Source of the DNA: Ignavibacteriota bacterium
GTDB lineage: Bacteria; Bacteroidota; Ignavibacteria; UBA10030
DNA: 64,000 nucleotides
Direction of reading: 5' to 3'
Assembly (NCBI GenBank): GCA_963727825.1
Contig: CAVSHO010000011.1
Span: 192,001 to 256,000, forward strand
Part shown: piece after piece, positions 21,031-31,224 of the stretch
How the letters are laid out: each line of letters opens with the position of its first letter
Position numbering within the stretch: the first letter of the stretch is position 1
Made by a program: the position numbers and the translations under genes
The notes under the pieces: model-generated
What the model was told of the DNA's origin: nothing
What the model saw: the letters and a program-made list of their open reading frames with translations, nothing else
Database searches by the model: none

Positions 21031-21942
21031 CTACATTAAGGTTTTACCGCTTAATTTTTTCAATGCCTCTAAGTAGAGTGCGGAGGTTTTTAAGATTATA
21101 TCTATCGGTAATTTGGGTGCAGGCGGTTTTTTGTCGAAGTTAATAGAAAGAAGATAATCACGCACGAATTGTTTATCATAACTTTCTTGTGCGCGGCCAG
21201 CCTGGTATTTGTCTTTCGGCCAAAAACGTGAAGAATCCGGCGTGAGCAATTCATCAATAAGAATCAATTCGCCGTTTTCATTCAATCCATATTCCATCTT
21301 TGTATCGGCAATAATAATGCCCTTCTTCTCTGCTAACTCCGCTCCATGACAATATATTTTCAGAGAGACATCTCTGACTTTCTCAGCAAGTTCTCTACCA
21401 ATAATGTTTGCCATCTGGTCAAACGAAATACTTTCGTCGTGTTTTCCGACTTCTTCCTTTGTCGTCGGTGTGAAAATTGGCTCTGGCAACTTGGATGATT
21501 CAACAAGTCCATCCGGTAATTGAACTCCACAGACACTTTTTCTTTTCTGATATTCGTTCCATCCAGAACCAGAGAGATACCCGCGGACGATACATTCAAC
21601 CGCCAATGGCTTCGTCTTCTTCACAAACATTGAACGATCTCCAAGAGACTCCCAATATGGCTTGCACGCGGAGGGAAAATCGTACACGATTGAAGAAATA
21701 AGATGATCGGGGATAATATCCTTCGTTTGTTCAAACCAGAAATCGGAGATTTGCGTTAACACTTTTCCTTTATACGGAATGCCTTCATTCATCACAACAT
21801 CAAACGCTGAAAGTCGGTCGGTTGCGACGATAAGCAGTGCTTCACCGAAATCATATATATCCCGCACTTTGCCGCGATTTATCAATTTCAAGGTGGGGAA
21901 ATTTGTTTGCGTGACAACCGGTTCCATTATATTGCTTATCAT
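21031..21942 (-). CDS. purC: SAICAR synthetase
   Basis: [51 protein letters not shown]. Confidence 0.95.
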   Translation of the reverse strand: MISNIMEPVVTQTNFPTLKLINRGKVRDIYDFGEALLIVATDRLSAFDVVMNEGIPYKGKVLTQISDFWFEQTKDIIPDHLISSIVYDFPSACKPYWESLGDRSMFVKKTKPLAVECIVRGYLSGSGWNEYQKRKSVCGVQLPDGLVESSKLPEPIFTPTTKEEVGKHDESISFDQMANIIGRELAEKVRDVSLKIYCHGAELAEKKGIIIADTKMEYGLNENGELILIDELLTPDSSRFWPKDKYQAGRAQESYDKQFVRDYLLSINFDKKPPAPKLPIDIILKTSALYLEALKKLSGKTLM

Positions 21943-22550
21943 AATTCCTCATCGATGAATGAACAGTTAATTGTAAGTGATTTTTCCAATCTTTTCATAT
22001 ATTCACTGTGCGGAATCTCGCGCGCTCCAAATCTTTCCAAGTGTGGCGTCAGATACTGGGTATCAAGCAATGAGAAGCCGCGTTCCATCATTCTTTTAAC
22101 AAGATAAACGAGGGCAATCTTAGAAGCATCCCGTGTTCTGCTGAACATCGACTCGCCGAAAAACGCTCCGCGAATTGCAACGCCGTAGAGACCGCCGACT
22201 AGTTTGTCATCTCTCCATATTTCAACACTGTGCGCTAATCCAAGTTGATAAAGCTGCATATAACTTTGTATAATCGTTTCCGAGATCCATGTCTCCTCTC
22301 GCTCTGCACACGCACGCATCACTTCTTCAAACCGCGTATTAATACGAACTTCAAACTCTCCTTTCCTCAGTGTCAACTTGAGACTTCGCGGAATATGAAA
22401 CTCATTCAAATCAAATATCGTGCGTGGATCTGGTGCGTACCAACTTATTTCACCCGTTTTCGGATCCGCCATCGGGAAATATCCATTGCAGTATGCCGTA
22501 CATAAAAATTGCGGATCGATAATTTTAATTTGTGACGAATGCGCCTGCAT
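21939..22550 (-). CDS. aat: Leucyl/phenylalanyl-tRNA--protein transferase
   Basis: [37 protein letters not shown]. Confidence 0.93.
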   Translation of the reverse strand: MQAHSSQIKIIDPQFLCTAYCNGYFPMADPKTGEISWYAPDPRTIFDLNEFHIPRSLKLTLRKGEFEVRINTRFEEVMRACAEREETWISETIIQSYMQLYQLGLAHSVEIWRDDKLVGGLYGVAIRGAFFGESMFSRTRDASKIALVYLVKRMMERGFSLLDTQYLTPHLERFGAREIPHSEYMKRLEKSLTINCSFIDEEL

Positions 22551-22603
22551 TGTTTGTTGGCAATTCCGAATTAAATTATCATGATATCAGCAGCTTTCAA
22601 GTT

Positions 22604-23698
22604 TTATTCTCCAAATGAAGTCCCGACCATTTTGGCAGCATGAATATATTGCGAATCAAGCGGCACAGTTCGGAGTTTCAAAATTGCATCTTTAACAGAC
22701 ACAGCAACAACTTCGGTTCCACGTAAACTAACCATATATCCGAATTTACCTTGCTCTGCCAATTCAAGCGCCATTGCACCGAATCTTGTAGCGAGGATAC
22801 GATCGTATGGAGTTGGACTGCCGCCGCGCAAAACATGTCCCAAAACAACGACGCGTGTTTCAAGTCCGGTTGCTTCTTCAATCTTTCGTCCAACCAGATC
22901 ACCGATTCCGCCTAAACGTACCGGGTCTGTGCGCTTTTTATCCATTTCTTTTACAACTACATCACCTTCGGCGGGTTTTGCGCCCTCTGCTACACAAATA
23001 ATGCTGAACCTGTTCCCGCGTTTGCTACGAAGAAGGACATGTTCATACACTTTATCCCACTTAAACGGAATTTCTGGAATTAAAATCGCATCTGCACCTC
23101 CGGCAATTCCAGCGCCAAGTGCAATCCATCCCGCATACCGTCCCATCACTTCTACTACCATGACGCGATGATGCGACGAAGCAGTTGTGTGAAGGCGATC
23201 TATCGCTTCAGTTGCAACCGAGACAGCGGAATCATAACCAAATGTCACATCAGTTGCGGAAAGATCATTATCGATAGTTTTGGGAACACCTATTAAATTC
23301 AAGCCAAGTTCTGTGAAGCGATCTACAATGTGCATTGTTCCATCGCCGCCAACTGCAATAAGCGCATCTAAATTCCAGTCGCGATAATTCTGAATTGCTT
23401 GAGACGAATAATCGAGAATATCAATACCTTGCGGTGTCTCTACTGGAAATTGGAATGGATTTCCTTTGTTAGAGGTACCAAGAATTGTTCCACCCATATT
23501 GACGATGCCTCCGACATCTTTCGGTGTTAATTCACGCATTCGCCCTTCCACAAGACCTTCAAAACCATCCAAAATTCCGATAATAGTTGAATTAAATTGT
23601 GTCATAGCTGGTTTTGCAATACTACGAATAACAGCATTCAAACCGGGGCAATCCCCGCCGCCAGTAAGAATTCCGATTCTTCTTAAATTGTTTTTCAC
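22604..23698 (-). CDS. pfkA: 6-phosphofructokinase (GGDG motif suggests ATP-dependent)
   Basis: TGGGDCPGLN, GGTILGTS, GGDGT, PKTIDNDL, EVMGR. Confidence 0.9.
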   Translation of the reverse strand: MKNNLRRIGILTGGGDCPGLNAVIRSIAKPAMTQFNSTIIGILDGFEGLVEGRMRELTPKDVGGIVNMGGTILGTSNKGNPFQFPVETPQGIDILDYSSQAIQNYRDWNLDALIAVGGDGTMHIVDRFTELGLNLIGVPKTIDNDLSATDVTFGYDSAVSVATEAIDRLHTTASSHHRVMVVEVMGRYAGWIALGAGIAGGADAILIPEIPFKWDKVYEHVLLRSKRGNRFSIICVAEGAKPAEGDVVVKEMDKKRTDPVRLGGIGDLVGRKIEEATGLETRVVVLGHVLRGGSPTPYDRILATRFGAMALELAEQGKFGYMVSLRGTEVVAVSVKDAILKLRTVPLDSQYIHAAKMVGTSFGE

Positions 23699-23779
23699 TT
23701 TATTACCTTAATTGTGAACAATTCCTCTTCTTAAATATACAAAAAAGAGCACTGTATTTCCACCGGCTCTATCAAACGG

Positions 23780-23812
23780 AAAAAGCCCCTCCAGTTGCAC
23801 CGAAGAGGCTTC
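23780..23812 (-). terminator. Rho-independent terminator after the DUF3667 gene
   Basis: Minus strand AAGCCTCTTCGG-TGCAA-CTGGAGGGGCTT followed by a T run. Confidence 0.6.
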
Positions 23813-23924
23813 GCCCGACACTGTTAAATTAACATTAAGCTTCTATTTTCTTCACCTGTCTGTTCTGTTGAAATATCTCACCAAGCCAAGCACCAAAGAG
23901 GGAGATAAAGATTTCTATGCGCGC

Positions 23925-24827
23925 TTAAAATATCATAATGGCAATTAATGCCGTCAAGAAAAATAAAAAAGCCATCGAAATAAATTGCAGCACACCAACA
24001 AGAAGTGTTTTCCCAATCATTTTCACGCGCGAACCTTCATATACATACCTCAATGCCATAAACAGATAGAGCGGACAGACGATGATTGGAACTACGAATG
24101 TCAGCGGTGTTCCCGCAAGCCAATCCACTACTATGCATACAGTGAATAGAAGGAATACAAAACTAAAATAATGGATTGAGAATACAAGTGTACCTATGTA
24201 GGACTGTGCCTTTCTCCGGTTCAGGAGAAAAACAAAGAGGGCAAATAACGGCATCAAGGCAAACATCATATAAGATATTCCCTTCATCAAGAGGTGATTG
24301 AACCCCTCCTGTCCCTCTGTGCCGATGCGCGATATTTGCCGCACAATGTACCTGTTCAGTATTGTAAGAGCCATGCCGCGGGATTGCATGAGAGAATCTA
24401 GTTGTGCTTGCTGAAGCCCCCGTAGCTCCTGTGAATTTATTTCGTTGTATGTGATGCCTTTTGTAGTGCGGGGCGAATCTGCCGAAGAGACCGAATCATG
24501 CTTTCCGGGCGATAAGGATAAAAGAAGGAAAAAAATAAAACTGATGAAGATGTACAACCTGACTGGTGGAACGTACCGCGCACGTTTTCCTTTGATGAAT
24601 TCCGACGTCACAAATCCTGGCTTTAAGGTAAGTGCCTGTATTGTCCGGATAGATTTTATATCGAAATGGAAAATTCCTTCTAGCGCTTCTCCTAATAAAT
24701 GCCGCAGTGGGATATTGAGATCGTGGTTCTCTTGCCCACACAGAGGACAATAAGTGTATGATGTCTCAAGTCGCGTGCCGCAATTTGAGCACTCCGGAAA
24801 TTTCCGTTTTTTTATTTTTTTCTCCAC
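23925..24827 (-). CDS. DUF3667-like membrane protein with N-terminal zinc ribbon
   Basis: CSNCG...YCPLCGQE, L..KPG..T.EFI.GKRARYVPPVRLY, several TM helices. Confidence 0.75.
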   Translation of the reverse strand: MEKKIKKRKFPECSNCGTRLETSYTYCPLCGQENHDLNIPLRHLLGEALEGIFHFDIKSIRTIQALTLKPGFVTSEFIKGKRARYVPPVRLYIFISFIFFLLLSLSPGKHDSVSSADSPRTTKGITYNEINSQELRGLQQAQLDSLMQSRGMALTILNRYIVRQISRIGTEGQEGFNHLLMKGISYMMFALMPLFALFVFLLNRRKAQSYIGTLVFSIHYFSFVFLLFTVCIVVDWLAGTPLTFVVPIIVCPLYLFMALRYVYEGSRVKMIGKTLLVGVLQFISMAFLFFLTALIAIMIF

Positions 24828-25291
24828 TTTTGTAATTCTAAATCAGAGCACACGTTTTGTTTTTTGGCCACACCACGCGTTTGAAAACTTATAGGTGTAT
24901 ATTCCATCAACTCGATGTCATTGCCATCCGGGTCTTTGATCCATGCTTGTTTAGAATTATCCATTCCGACCGTAATCTGTGAAATATTGACGCCTCTTTT
25001 AACAAGTAGATCTCTATATGTTTCTAATTTCTTCACCTCAAAGCATAAATGACGGTACTTGCTTCCGTGTTTTAATGCTACCACGCGGCCGCCCCATTGT
25101 CGGACTGCACCCGCTTGATTAAAAATTTCGATGAACGTCATCTTACCACATTTGATATACCATCCAAATGGTTTACCTTTATCGTTATCAAGTGTGAATG
25201 CTATTTTCAATCCGAGTTTCTTTGTATAGAAATCAACCATTTCTTTATGCCTATCAGAAAACAAATTAATGTGAGCAAGTTGTGTAATCAT
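24812..25291 (-). CDS. VOC/glyoxalase family protein
   Basis: LAHINL...FYTKKLGL...HLCFEV...WIKDPDGNDIELME. Confidence 0.85.
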   Translation of the reverse strand: MITQLAHINLFSDRHKEMVDFYTKKLGLKIAFTLDNDKGKPFGWYIKCGKMTFIEIFNQAGAVRQWGGRVVALKHGSKYRHLCFEVKKLETYRDLLVKRGVNISQITVGMDNSKQAWIKDPDGNDIELMEYTPISFQTRGVAKKQNVCSDLELQKWRKK

Positions 25292-25316
25292 GAATATCTC
25301 CAGTTTAATAAATCGT

Positions 25317-26385
25317 TTACAGTAAAATCAATTTATTGCCATTCTTTGCAGATTCAAAACACGCATCCATCACCCGCTGTGTCATTACGGACATCATCGG
25401 CCATTCATCATTTAATTTCCCTGAACGAATTTGATCGACAAAATTTCGGATCATTTTTGTATCCTGTGCATGAACCCTGCTCTCGGTATGCTCGCCCGTG
25501 CAATCACAGCATTTGACTCGCACTTGAGTATTATTGACCTCAAACGATGGTTCGTGAATGCTTGATGAATGGACAAAATCAGGGACATACAATTTTCCAT
25601 TCGTGCCGCTAATAATACTCCACTGTTGAAACGCTGCCAGGAACGAGCAAAAGAAACTGGCAGAAGTATCATCGTCAAATATAAGCTCTCCAGAAAAATC
25701 CGTTGGAGTTGGTGCAGGACTAATATTGCTGCCCTGTTGAGATAGAATCCTTCCGGTAACACCATATGGCAACTGCCAATTCATCGTCCATAGCGTAAAT
25801 CGAATATTATACCAACCGAGATCACCAAGACAACCGGTAGGTTCAAGTTCGCTGTGCAAACGGATATTTGTCCGTCGATACTCTTCAGAAGCCAAGAAAC
25901 TAAACATAGAGGAGATTCGCTTAATCTGACCGATATTTTGATTATCATCCAACACTTCGCGGATGCGTAGAAGTCGGGGATTGTGCATAAACATAACGCC
26001 GTCCATAAACTGCACTTTGTTTTGTCGGCAGGTATCTACCATTTCTTGCACATCATTTAAATTTAAGCCGCACGGTTTTTCGCAAATGACATGTTTGCCT
26101 GCTTTTGCCGCTCGCAAGACCCATTGCTTGCGCAATCCGGTAGGCAGTGGAATATACACTGCGTCGATATCAGGCGCATCGATCAATTGCTGATAATTGT
26201 CATACGCCTTCGGACGCACTTCAAATGTATTTTCAGACCTGGCAGTTCTGAATAAACTGTTCACTTCTCTCAATAGCACGACTGGCGACGGCAACCACAA
26301 CTGAATTTCCACTATCGAAAATAGCGCGCCAGTTTTGACGAGCTATATCCGCTGCACCTAAGATACCCCAACGAAGTTTTTTCAT
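25317..26385 (-). CDS. Gfo/Idh/MocA oxidoreductase (apparent indel at ~26230)
   Basis: True N-terminus MKKLRWGILGAADIAR from ATG 26385; then DAVYIPLP, GKHVICEKP and GCLGDLGWY in ORF 25317..26312. Confidence 0.85.
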
Positions 26386-26426
26386 ATTTTAATTCTCGCT
26401 TATTTTCTGTCAATGAAAAAATAATA

Positions 26427-27491
26427 CTAACCTACTTTAGCAATATCGCGTTGCGCTCGCCACTCCTTAATATTGGAAGGTGGAATTAATATTTGATCTG
26501 ATTCCCGATGTTCTAAATGAAGTGCTTCAGTTGGGCAAACAAGGACACACAAACCGCAACCGACACAATGCTTTAAATCCACAGTAAGCATTGTATCCAG
26601 AAGCGACAGTGCTTTAAACTGACATCGGTCGATACAAGCACCGCACAGAGAACATTTTTCTTCCTCTAACGCAATTTGGAAACTTGAATGTGCAACTGCA
26701 CTGAGAATTCCATATTCAGCAATGCCTCTCATAATTCCACAGCAACACGTGCAGCAGTTGCAAATATATTCTATTCCGTCTCGATAATTACCGGAAGAGT
26801 GCACAAGCCCTGCTTCTTCCGTCTCCCACAGAATTTTAAGCGCCTCTTCTTTCGTGATTGCCCGATCCACTTTACTCCGGTCAAAGGCATTCCTCACAGG
26901 CGCAAACACCAAACAGGTTTCTAACGCATGATGGCACTCCTTACCTAACAAATGTTGTTGCTTGCGGCAAATACAATCCCGCACTCCCCACGATTGCGCT
27001 TTTTCCAACAATGCAGTTGCCTGTTCATAAGGATCTATATTTATTCTTAGTGGAATTGCCCTGCCAACCGGTATGACTCGATGAAGCGCCGGCGTCGGAC
27101 GAAGCACTCCACCTTGTGTCTCGCGGTAATACTGTTCAAACAACTCTGCCATTTCTTTATCCATGCTCGGTAACTGTCCTTCATAAAACCCAACAACGAA
27201 TGGACGCAAGGCATATGTAAATTCTCCCTCCCCTTTTCGCAGATCGATCAACCCCTTTGCGACCATCCGTTTCAATATATCTCGTGCCTCCTTGGGATCA
27301 TTTCCGGTCCTATTCGCAATTACCGCAATAGATTCAGGCTCCAGATTCATAGCACACGCCAGCAATGCTTCTTCTGGTGCGAATATCTTAGCAAGCATTT
27401 GATATTCAACATCGCTCTGTGTTCTTGGGAATCGATTAGGAAGTTCGTCTAATTTTTGAGCCAGACGTTGGAATATTTCGTTTTGCACCAT
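26427..27491 (-). CDS. 4Fe-4S binding protein (N-terminal wHTH-like region, Cys-rich core, C-terminal dicluster ferredoxin)
   Basis: DCICR, ICNCCTCCC, CSLCGACIDRC, CVGCGLCVLVCP. Confidence 0.8.
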   Translation of the reverse strand: MVQNEIFQRLAQKLDELPNRFPRTQSDVEYQMLAKIFAPEEALLACAMNLEPESIAVIANRTGNDPKEARDILKRMVAKGLIDLRKGEGEFTYALRPFVVGFYEGQLPSMDKEMAELFEQYYRETQGGVLRPTPALHRVIPVGRAIPLRINIDPYEQATALLEKAQSWGVRDCICRKQQHLLGKECHHALETCLVFAPVRNAFDRSKVDRAITKEEALKILWETEEAGLVHSSGNYRDGIEYICNCCTCCCGIMRGIAEYGILSAVAHSSFQIALEEEKCSLCGACIDRCQFKALSLLDTMLTVDLKHCVGCGLCVLVCPTEALHLEHRESDQILIPPSNIKEWRAQRDIAKVG

Positions 27492-27550
27492 CAGTTCTAA
27501 TTTCTGAAAAATATAAATTTTCTCATAAAGTGAATAATTGATTGGAAAGG

Positions 27551-28714
27551 TTACTTCGGGAATGCATCTAACTGGTTCGGCGCTTTCGCCTCAGGAATTA
27601 ATTGCACAGTTTTGAATTTCTCTGTGAGGCCAGCCAACTGCTTGTCGGCCTTATCGTAGTTGTTCTTCGCATTGTTAAGCTGCGTCCCAAGTGTTTCAAA
27701 TATATCGTTGAACTTTCGCAATTCCGTACCAAGCAATTCAAGATTTTGAAATATTTCTTTTGCACTTCTCTCTATTTGCAATCCTTTCAAGCCCAGCGCA
27801 ATAACCCGCAGGTGCGCATAAAAGCTATTGGGTGACACCGGTACAACCCGCTTCTTCGTTGCGTAAGCGTAGAGTCCATCTTCTTCCGCATAAGATTCTT
27901 CTTTGATGATGGTTTCGTAATAAATATTTTCCGCAGGAATGTACATAAGCGCAAAGTCGAACGTTCCTTCATCGGGTAAAATATATTTCTCTGAGATTGC
28001 GTCAATATGTTTTTTAACATCCGATTTGAAAAGACGAGCAGCGGTTTTCTTTTCTTGTTCAGTTTTGGCATCAAGCATCTTGCGGAAATTTTCGAGCGGA
28101 AACTTGGAATCTACCGGCACTTTGCCGCCAGCTGTGTTTATAATAGCGTCGACCGTTTGACCATTACGGAATGTATATTGAATATCATATGCATTTGCAG
28201 GAAGAACTTGTTTGAGCAGATCTTCTAACAATAATTCACCAAGTCCACCGCGCAGCTTCGGTGCCTTCAGCATTTCTTCTAGTTTGGAAACGCTTTGGCC
28301 TAACTCCTTAATCTCTTGCGTGGCTTGACCAAGCTCGCCAAGTTTGTTCTGCACATCTTGAATAACCTTTGCTGCATTATCCAAACGCGAACCCATTTGA
28401 CCGGTATTATTTTGCAGCTGTGATGTAACACTGCTCAATTGCGAAGTAACCGTCGTCAGCTGCTGATTCACGGTTTCCGAAGTCGCTTGCAGGCTTTTAA
28501 ACACAACGTCAGTCGTGTTTTTCAGCGATGTAACAAGTGTATCTGTTGTGTTCTTGAGATTTTGGCTTACTTCGCCGCGTAATGCATCGACTTGCTGCTG
28601 AAAAAGCAATGTGGTCTCAGGGGAATTTTCTCTATTTCGTGTTGACTGACGAAGCAATAGAATGATAATTAAAATTACGACTAATAACGATATAATTAAC
28701 GATGCAACTTCCAT
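27551..28714 (-). CDS. rmuC: DNA recombination protein RmuC family
   Basis: N-terminal TM and coiled coil, RGGLGELLLE, PVDSKFP, KYILPDEGTFDFALMYIPAE. Confidence 0.88.
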   Translation of the reverse strand: MEVASLIISLLVVILIIILLLRQSTRNRENSPETTLLFQQQVDALRGEVSQNLKNTTDTLVTSLKNTTDVVFKSLQATSETVNQQLTTVTSQLSSVTSQLQNNTGQMGSRLDNAAKVIQDVQNKLGELGQATQEIKELGQSVSKLEEMLKAPKLRGGLGELLLEDLLKQVLPANAYDIQYTFRNGQTVDAIINTAGGKVPVDSKFPLENFRKMLDAKTEQEKKTAARLFKSDVKKHIDAISEKYILPDEGTFDFALMYIPAENIYYETIIKEESYAEEDGLYAYATKKRVVPVSPNSFYAHLRVIALGLKGLQIERSAKEIFQNLELLGTELRKFNDIFETLGTQLNNAKNNYDKADKQLAGLTEKFKTVQLIPEAKAPNQLDAFPK

Positions 28715-28778
28715 GGTACTTCTTCCTTTTTACACTCTTTCATTTACAAATTCATTTCCGCCATTTTTCTTGTTCCTT

Positions 28779-29921
28779 CTACCCTTTCAAAAACATCAAT
28801 ACCACTGTTATCATAAACATAAAGAACATCATGCGCGCAAGCGGTAAATGATTTCGCTTCATCCATCCCCAGGCGATTGCTGCTCCGATCATTATCACAG
28901 CAAGAGCAATCGTGCTCGCAATACTTTTTGCAACGGAGAATGTCATTCCATAATAAAAAGCCAGACTCCGTTCATTCCAGAACCTTCCATAAATAACAAG
29001 TAAGTGCGCCGTGTACACCATCAATGATTCCCTGCCGACGTCTAACACGAACGAATTTTCCGTCTTGCGATAGTCTGCGTAGAACCAACAGATCGATAAA
29101 AGTAACATCACAATTCCAAGCCGTTCAAGAAAGAATAATGGGTTTGCACGAATATCTATCGAAATGATATGCACACTTGCCTGCAATTCCATTCCAATCA
29201 TGCAAACGACAAATAGAACGGCTCCTGCAAGTGCAAAACGTAATATAAATTCTCTTTCCTTTTTCTGCTCGCGGGCATCAATATATCCTGAAGCGAAGTA
29301 ACCTCCAAAGAGCATAAACGCCAACCAGGGGAAAAGCGGAAATAGGGAATAATGCTGGCTATTGATATATGCTGAGATAGGCGCTGGAATCCATTTCAAG
29401 AAATCAACATTCCATACAAACATCGTTGCAAAAACTACAAACAATCCACTTGTCAAGAGAAACGTCCGGTAAGTCCGAGCATTTTTTATCACTAATCTCG
29501 AAATAAAAAGCACGAGCAAACCAAAGGCAATGCAGTGAAGAATATCCACCTGATAGAAACTCAGCCATCCTTCTTCTGTTGTGTCTGTAATCATTCGACG
29601 AAATGAAAAAAAAGGCAGGTGCAAAAAATAACCAATACCCCACACCAATCCGATTCGCCCAAGTTGTTTCCAAAATGCAGATCCGTAAGTCCGAAATGAT
29701 TCCAGCTTCCTTTGACTTGCAATCAAGAATACAAAACCAGAAATAAAAGTGAAACTTGGCGCAACTAACCCATTGATAAAGTTCAGAACATTGAACCAAG
29801 AAGTAGTTTTCAACGCTGGCAAAATAAAGGCGTTAAATACATGAACTTCAATCATCACCAGCAGCGCCCATCCACGCAGAAGGTCGATGAAAGCAAGTCG
29901 ATTTTTTGTCGGAGCAGCCAT
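28779..29921 (-). CDS. Membrane acyltransferase (DUF1624/HGSNAT-like)
   Basis: RLAFIDLLRGWALLVMIEVH, DILHCI, FPLFPW, many TM helices. Confidence 0.75.
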   Translation of the reverse strand: MAAPTKNRLAFIDLLRGWALLVMIEVHVFNAFILPALKTTSWFNVLNFINGLVAPSFTFISGFVFLIASQRKLESFRTYGSAFWKQLGRIGLVWGIGYFLHLPFFSFRRMITDTTEEGWLSFYQVDILHCIAFGLLVLFISRLVIKNARTYRTFLLTSGLFVVFATMFVWNVDFLKWIPAPISAYINSQHYSLFPLFPWLAFMLFGGYFASGYIDAREQKKEREFILRFALAGAVLFVVCMIGMELQASVHIISIDIRANPLFFLERLGIVMLLLSICWFYADYRKTENSFVLDVGRESLMVYTAHLLVIYGRFWNERSLAFYYGMTFSVAKSIASTIALAVIMIGAAIAWGWMKRNHLPLARMMFFMFMITVVLMFLKG

Positions 29922-29939
29922 TTGTAAGTTGTTAATTTG

Positions 29940-31154
29940 TCAGATAAGTTTCATTTTCTTTCCAACCTTCTCAAACGCTTCTAGTGCGCAATTGATATTT
30001 TTTTTTGTGAGCGCAGCAGACATCTGAGCACGCAATCGGGCTTCACCTTTTGGAACAACTGGATACCACAACCCTTTTATATACACCCCAGCTTTAAGCA
30101 ATTGGCTGCTCATTTCCTGAGCGACGGACGCTTCGCCAAGCATTATTGGAACAATAGGATGCGTACCCTCAATAATATTGAGACCGATACTTTTAATTTC
30201 TTTTCTGAAGTACGCTGTATTCTCCTGAAGTCGTCTGATGATTGATTTATCTTTCATCAACAAGTCGAACGCTGCGATTGAACCGCAAACCACTGCAGGA
30301 GGAAGCGAGTTTGAAAAAATATATGGCCGTCCTTTTTGGCGCATATACCCAATCATTTCATTCGAGCCGCTGATAAAACCACCAGCTGCACCGCCAATCG
30401 CCTTGCCGAGAGTGCCAACTGTTACATCAATTTTACCAAGCAAGTTGAATTGCTCGGCCGTTCCTCTGCCGGTTTTGCCGCATACACCAATACCGTGCGC
30501 ATCATCTATAAAAACGACGGTACTGTAATTTTTAGCGAGTTCAAGAATTTTTGGCAGCGGTGCTAAATCACCTTCCATACTGAAGACACCATCTGTGGCG
30601 ACCATCCGTATGCGATAATCTTTGTTTTTATCTTCCTCCAATTGCCGTTCGAGGTCGGAAACATCACCATGATTATAAATTTTACGATCTGTAGTTTCTG
30701 CACGGCATAACCGCTGTCCATCAATAATGCTGGCGTGATTTAAGCGGTCGCTGTAGATCACATCTTTGTAGTTCTCGTATCCAAGCTTTTCGTTTGTCAG
30801 TGCAGAAAAAAATGCAACGTTAGCCGCAAACGACGAAGAAAAAAGAATAGTATCCTCTGATTTCAGAAACTTCGATATTTTATTTTCTAGTTCAAGATGA
30901 ATTGTCTGTGTGCCGGTGAGAAAGCGCACAGAGGCAAGTCCATATCCATATTTCTTGATGCCATCAATTGCGGCTTTGCATACAGCGGGATGATTCGACA
31001 TCCCTAAATAATTATTCGACGCGAGCATTACAACTTCTTTGCCGCGCACCTTCACTATACCGTCTTGTGCAGACTGGAGAGCAGTCTCATATTTAATGGT
31101 TTGAGATTCTTCGAGCCGTTTCAGCTCGGCGGCAAGCAATTCATTGAGATTCAT
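29940..31154 (-). CDS. kbl: Glycine C-acetyltransferase (2-amino-3-ketobutyrate CoA ligase)
   Basis: SNNYLG, ASVRF, SDRLNHASIIDG, TDGVFSMEG, DDAH, TLGKA, ARLRAQMSA. Confidence 0.85.
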   Translation of the reverse strand: MNLNELLAAELKRLEESQTIKYETALQSAQDGIVKVRGKEVVMLASNNYLGMSNHPAVCKAAIDGIKKYGYGLASVRFLTGTQTIHLELENKISKFLKSEDTILFSSSFAANVAFFSALTNEKLGYENYKDVIYSDRLNHASIIDGQRLCRAETTDRKIYNHGDVSDLERQLEEDKNKDYRIRMVATDGVFSMEGDLAPLPKILELAKNYSTVVFIDDAHGIGVCGKTGRGTAEQFNLLGKIDVTVGTLGKAIGGAAGGFISGSNEMIGYMRQKGRPYIFSNSLPPAVVCGSIAAFDLLMKDKSIIRRLQENTAYFRKEIKSIGLNIIEGTHPIVPIMLGEASVAQEMSSQLLKAGVYIKGLWYPVVPKGEARLRAQMSAALTKKNINCALEAFEKVGKKMKLI

Positions 31155-31224
31155 GATCGGCTGGCTTTTGCATATTAAATTATAAGATTTTAATTAACAA
31201 TTTAATTATTGAGATAGCTTTTCA

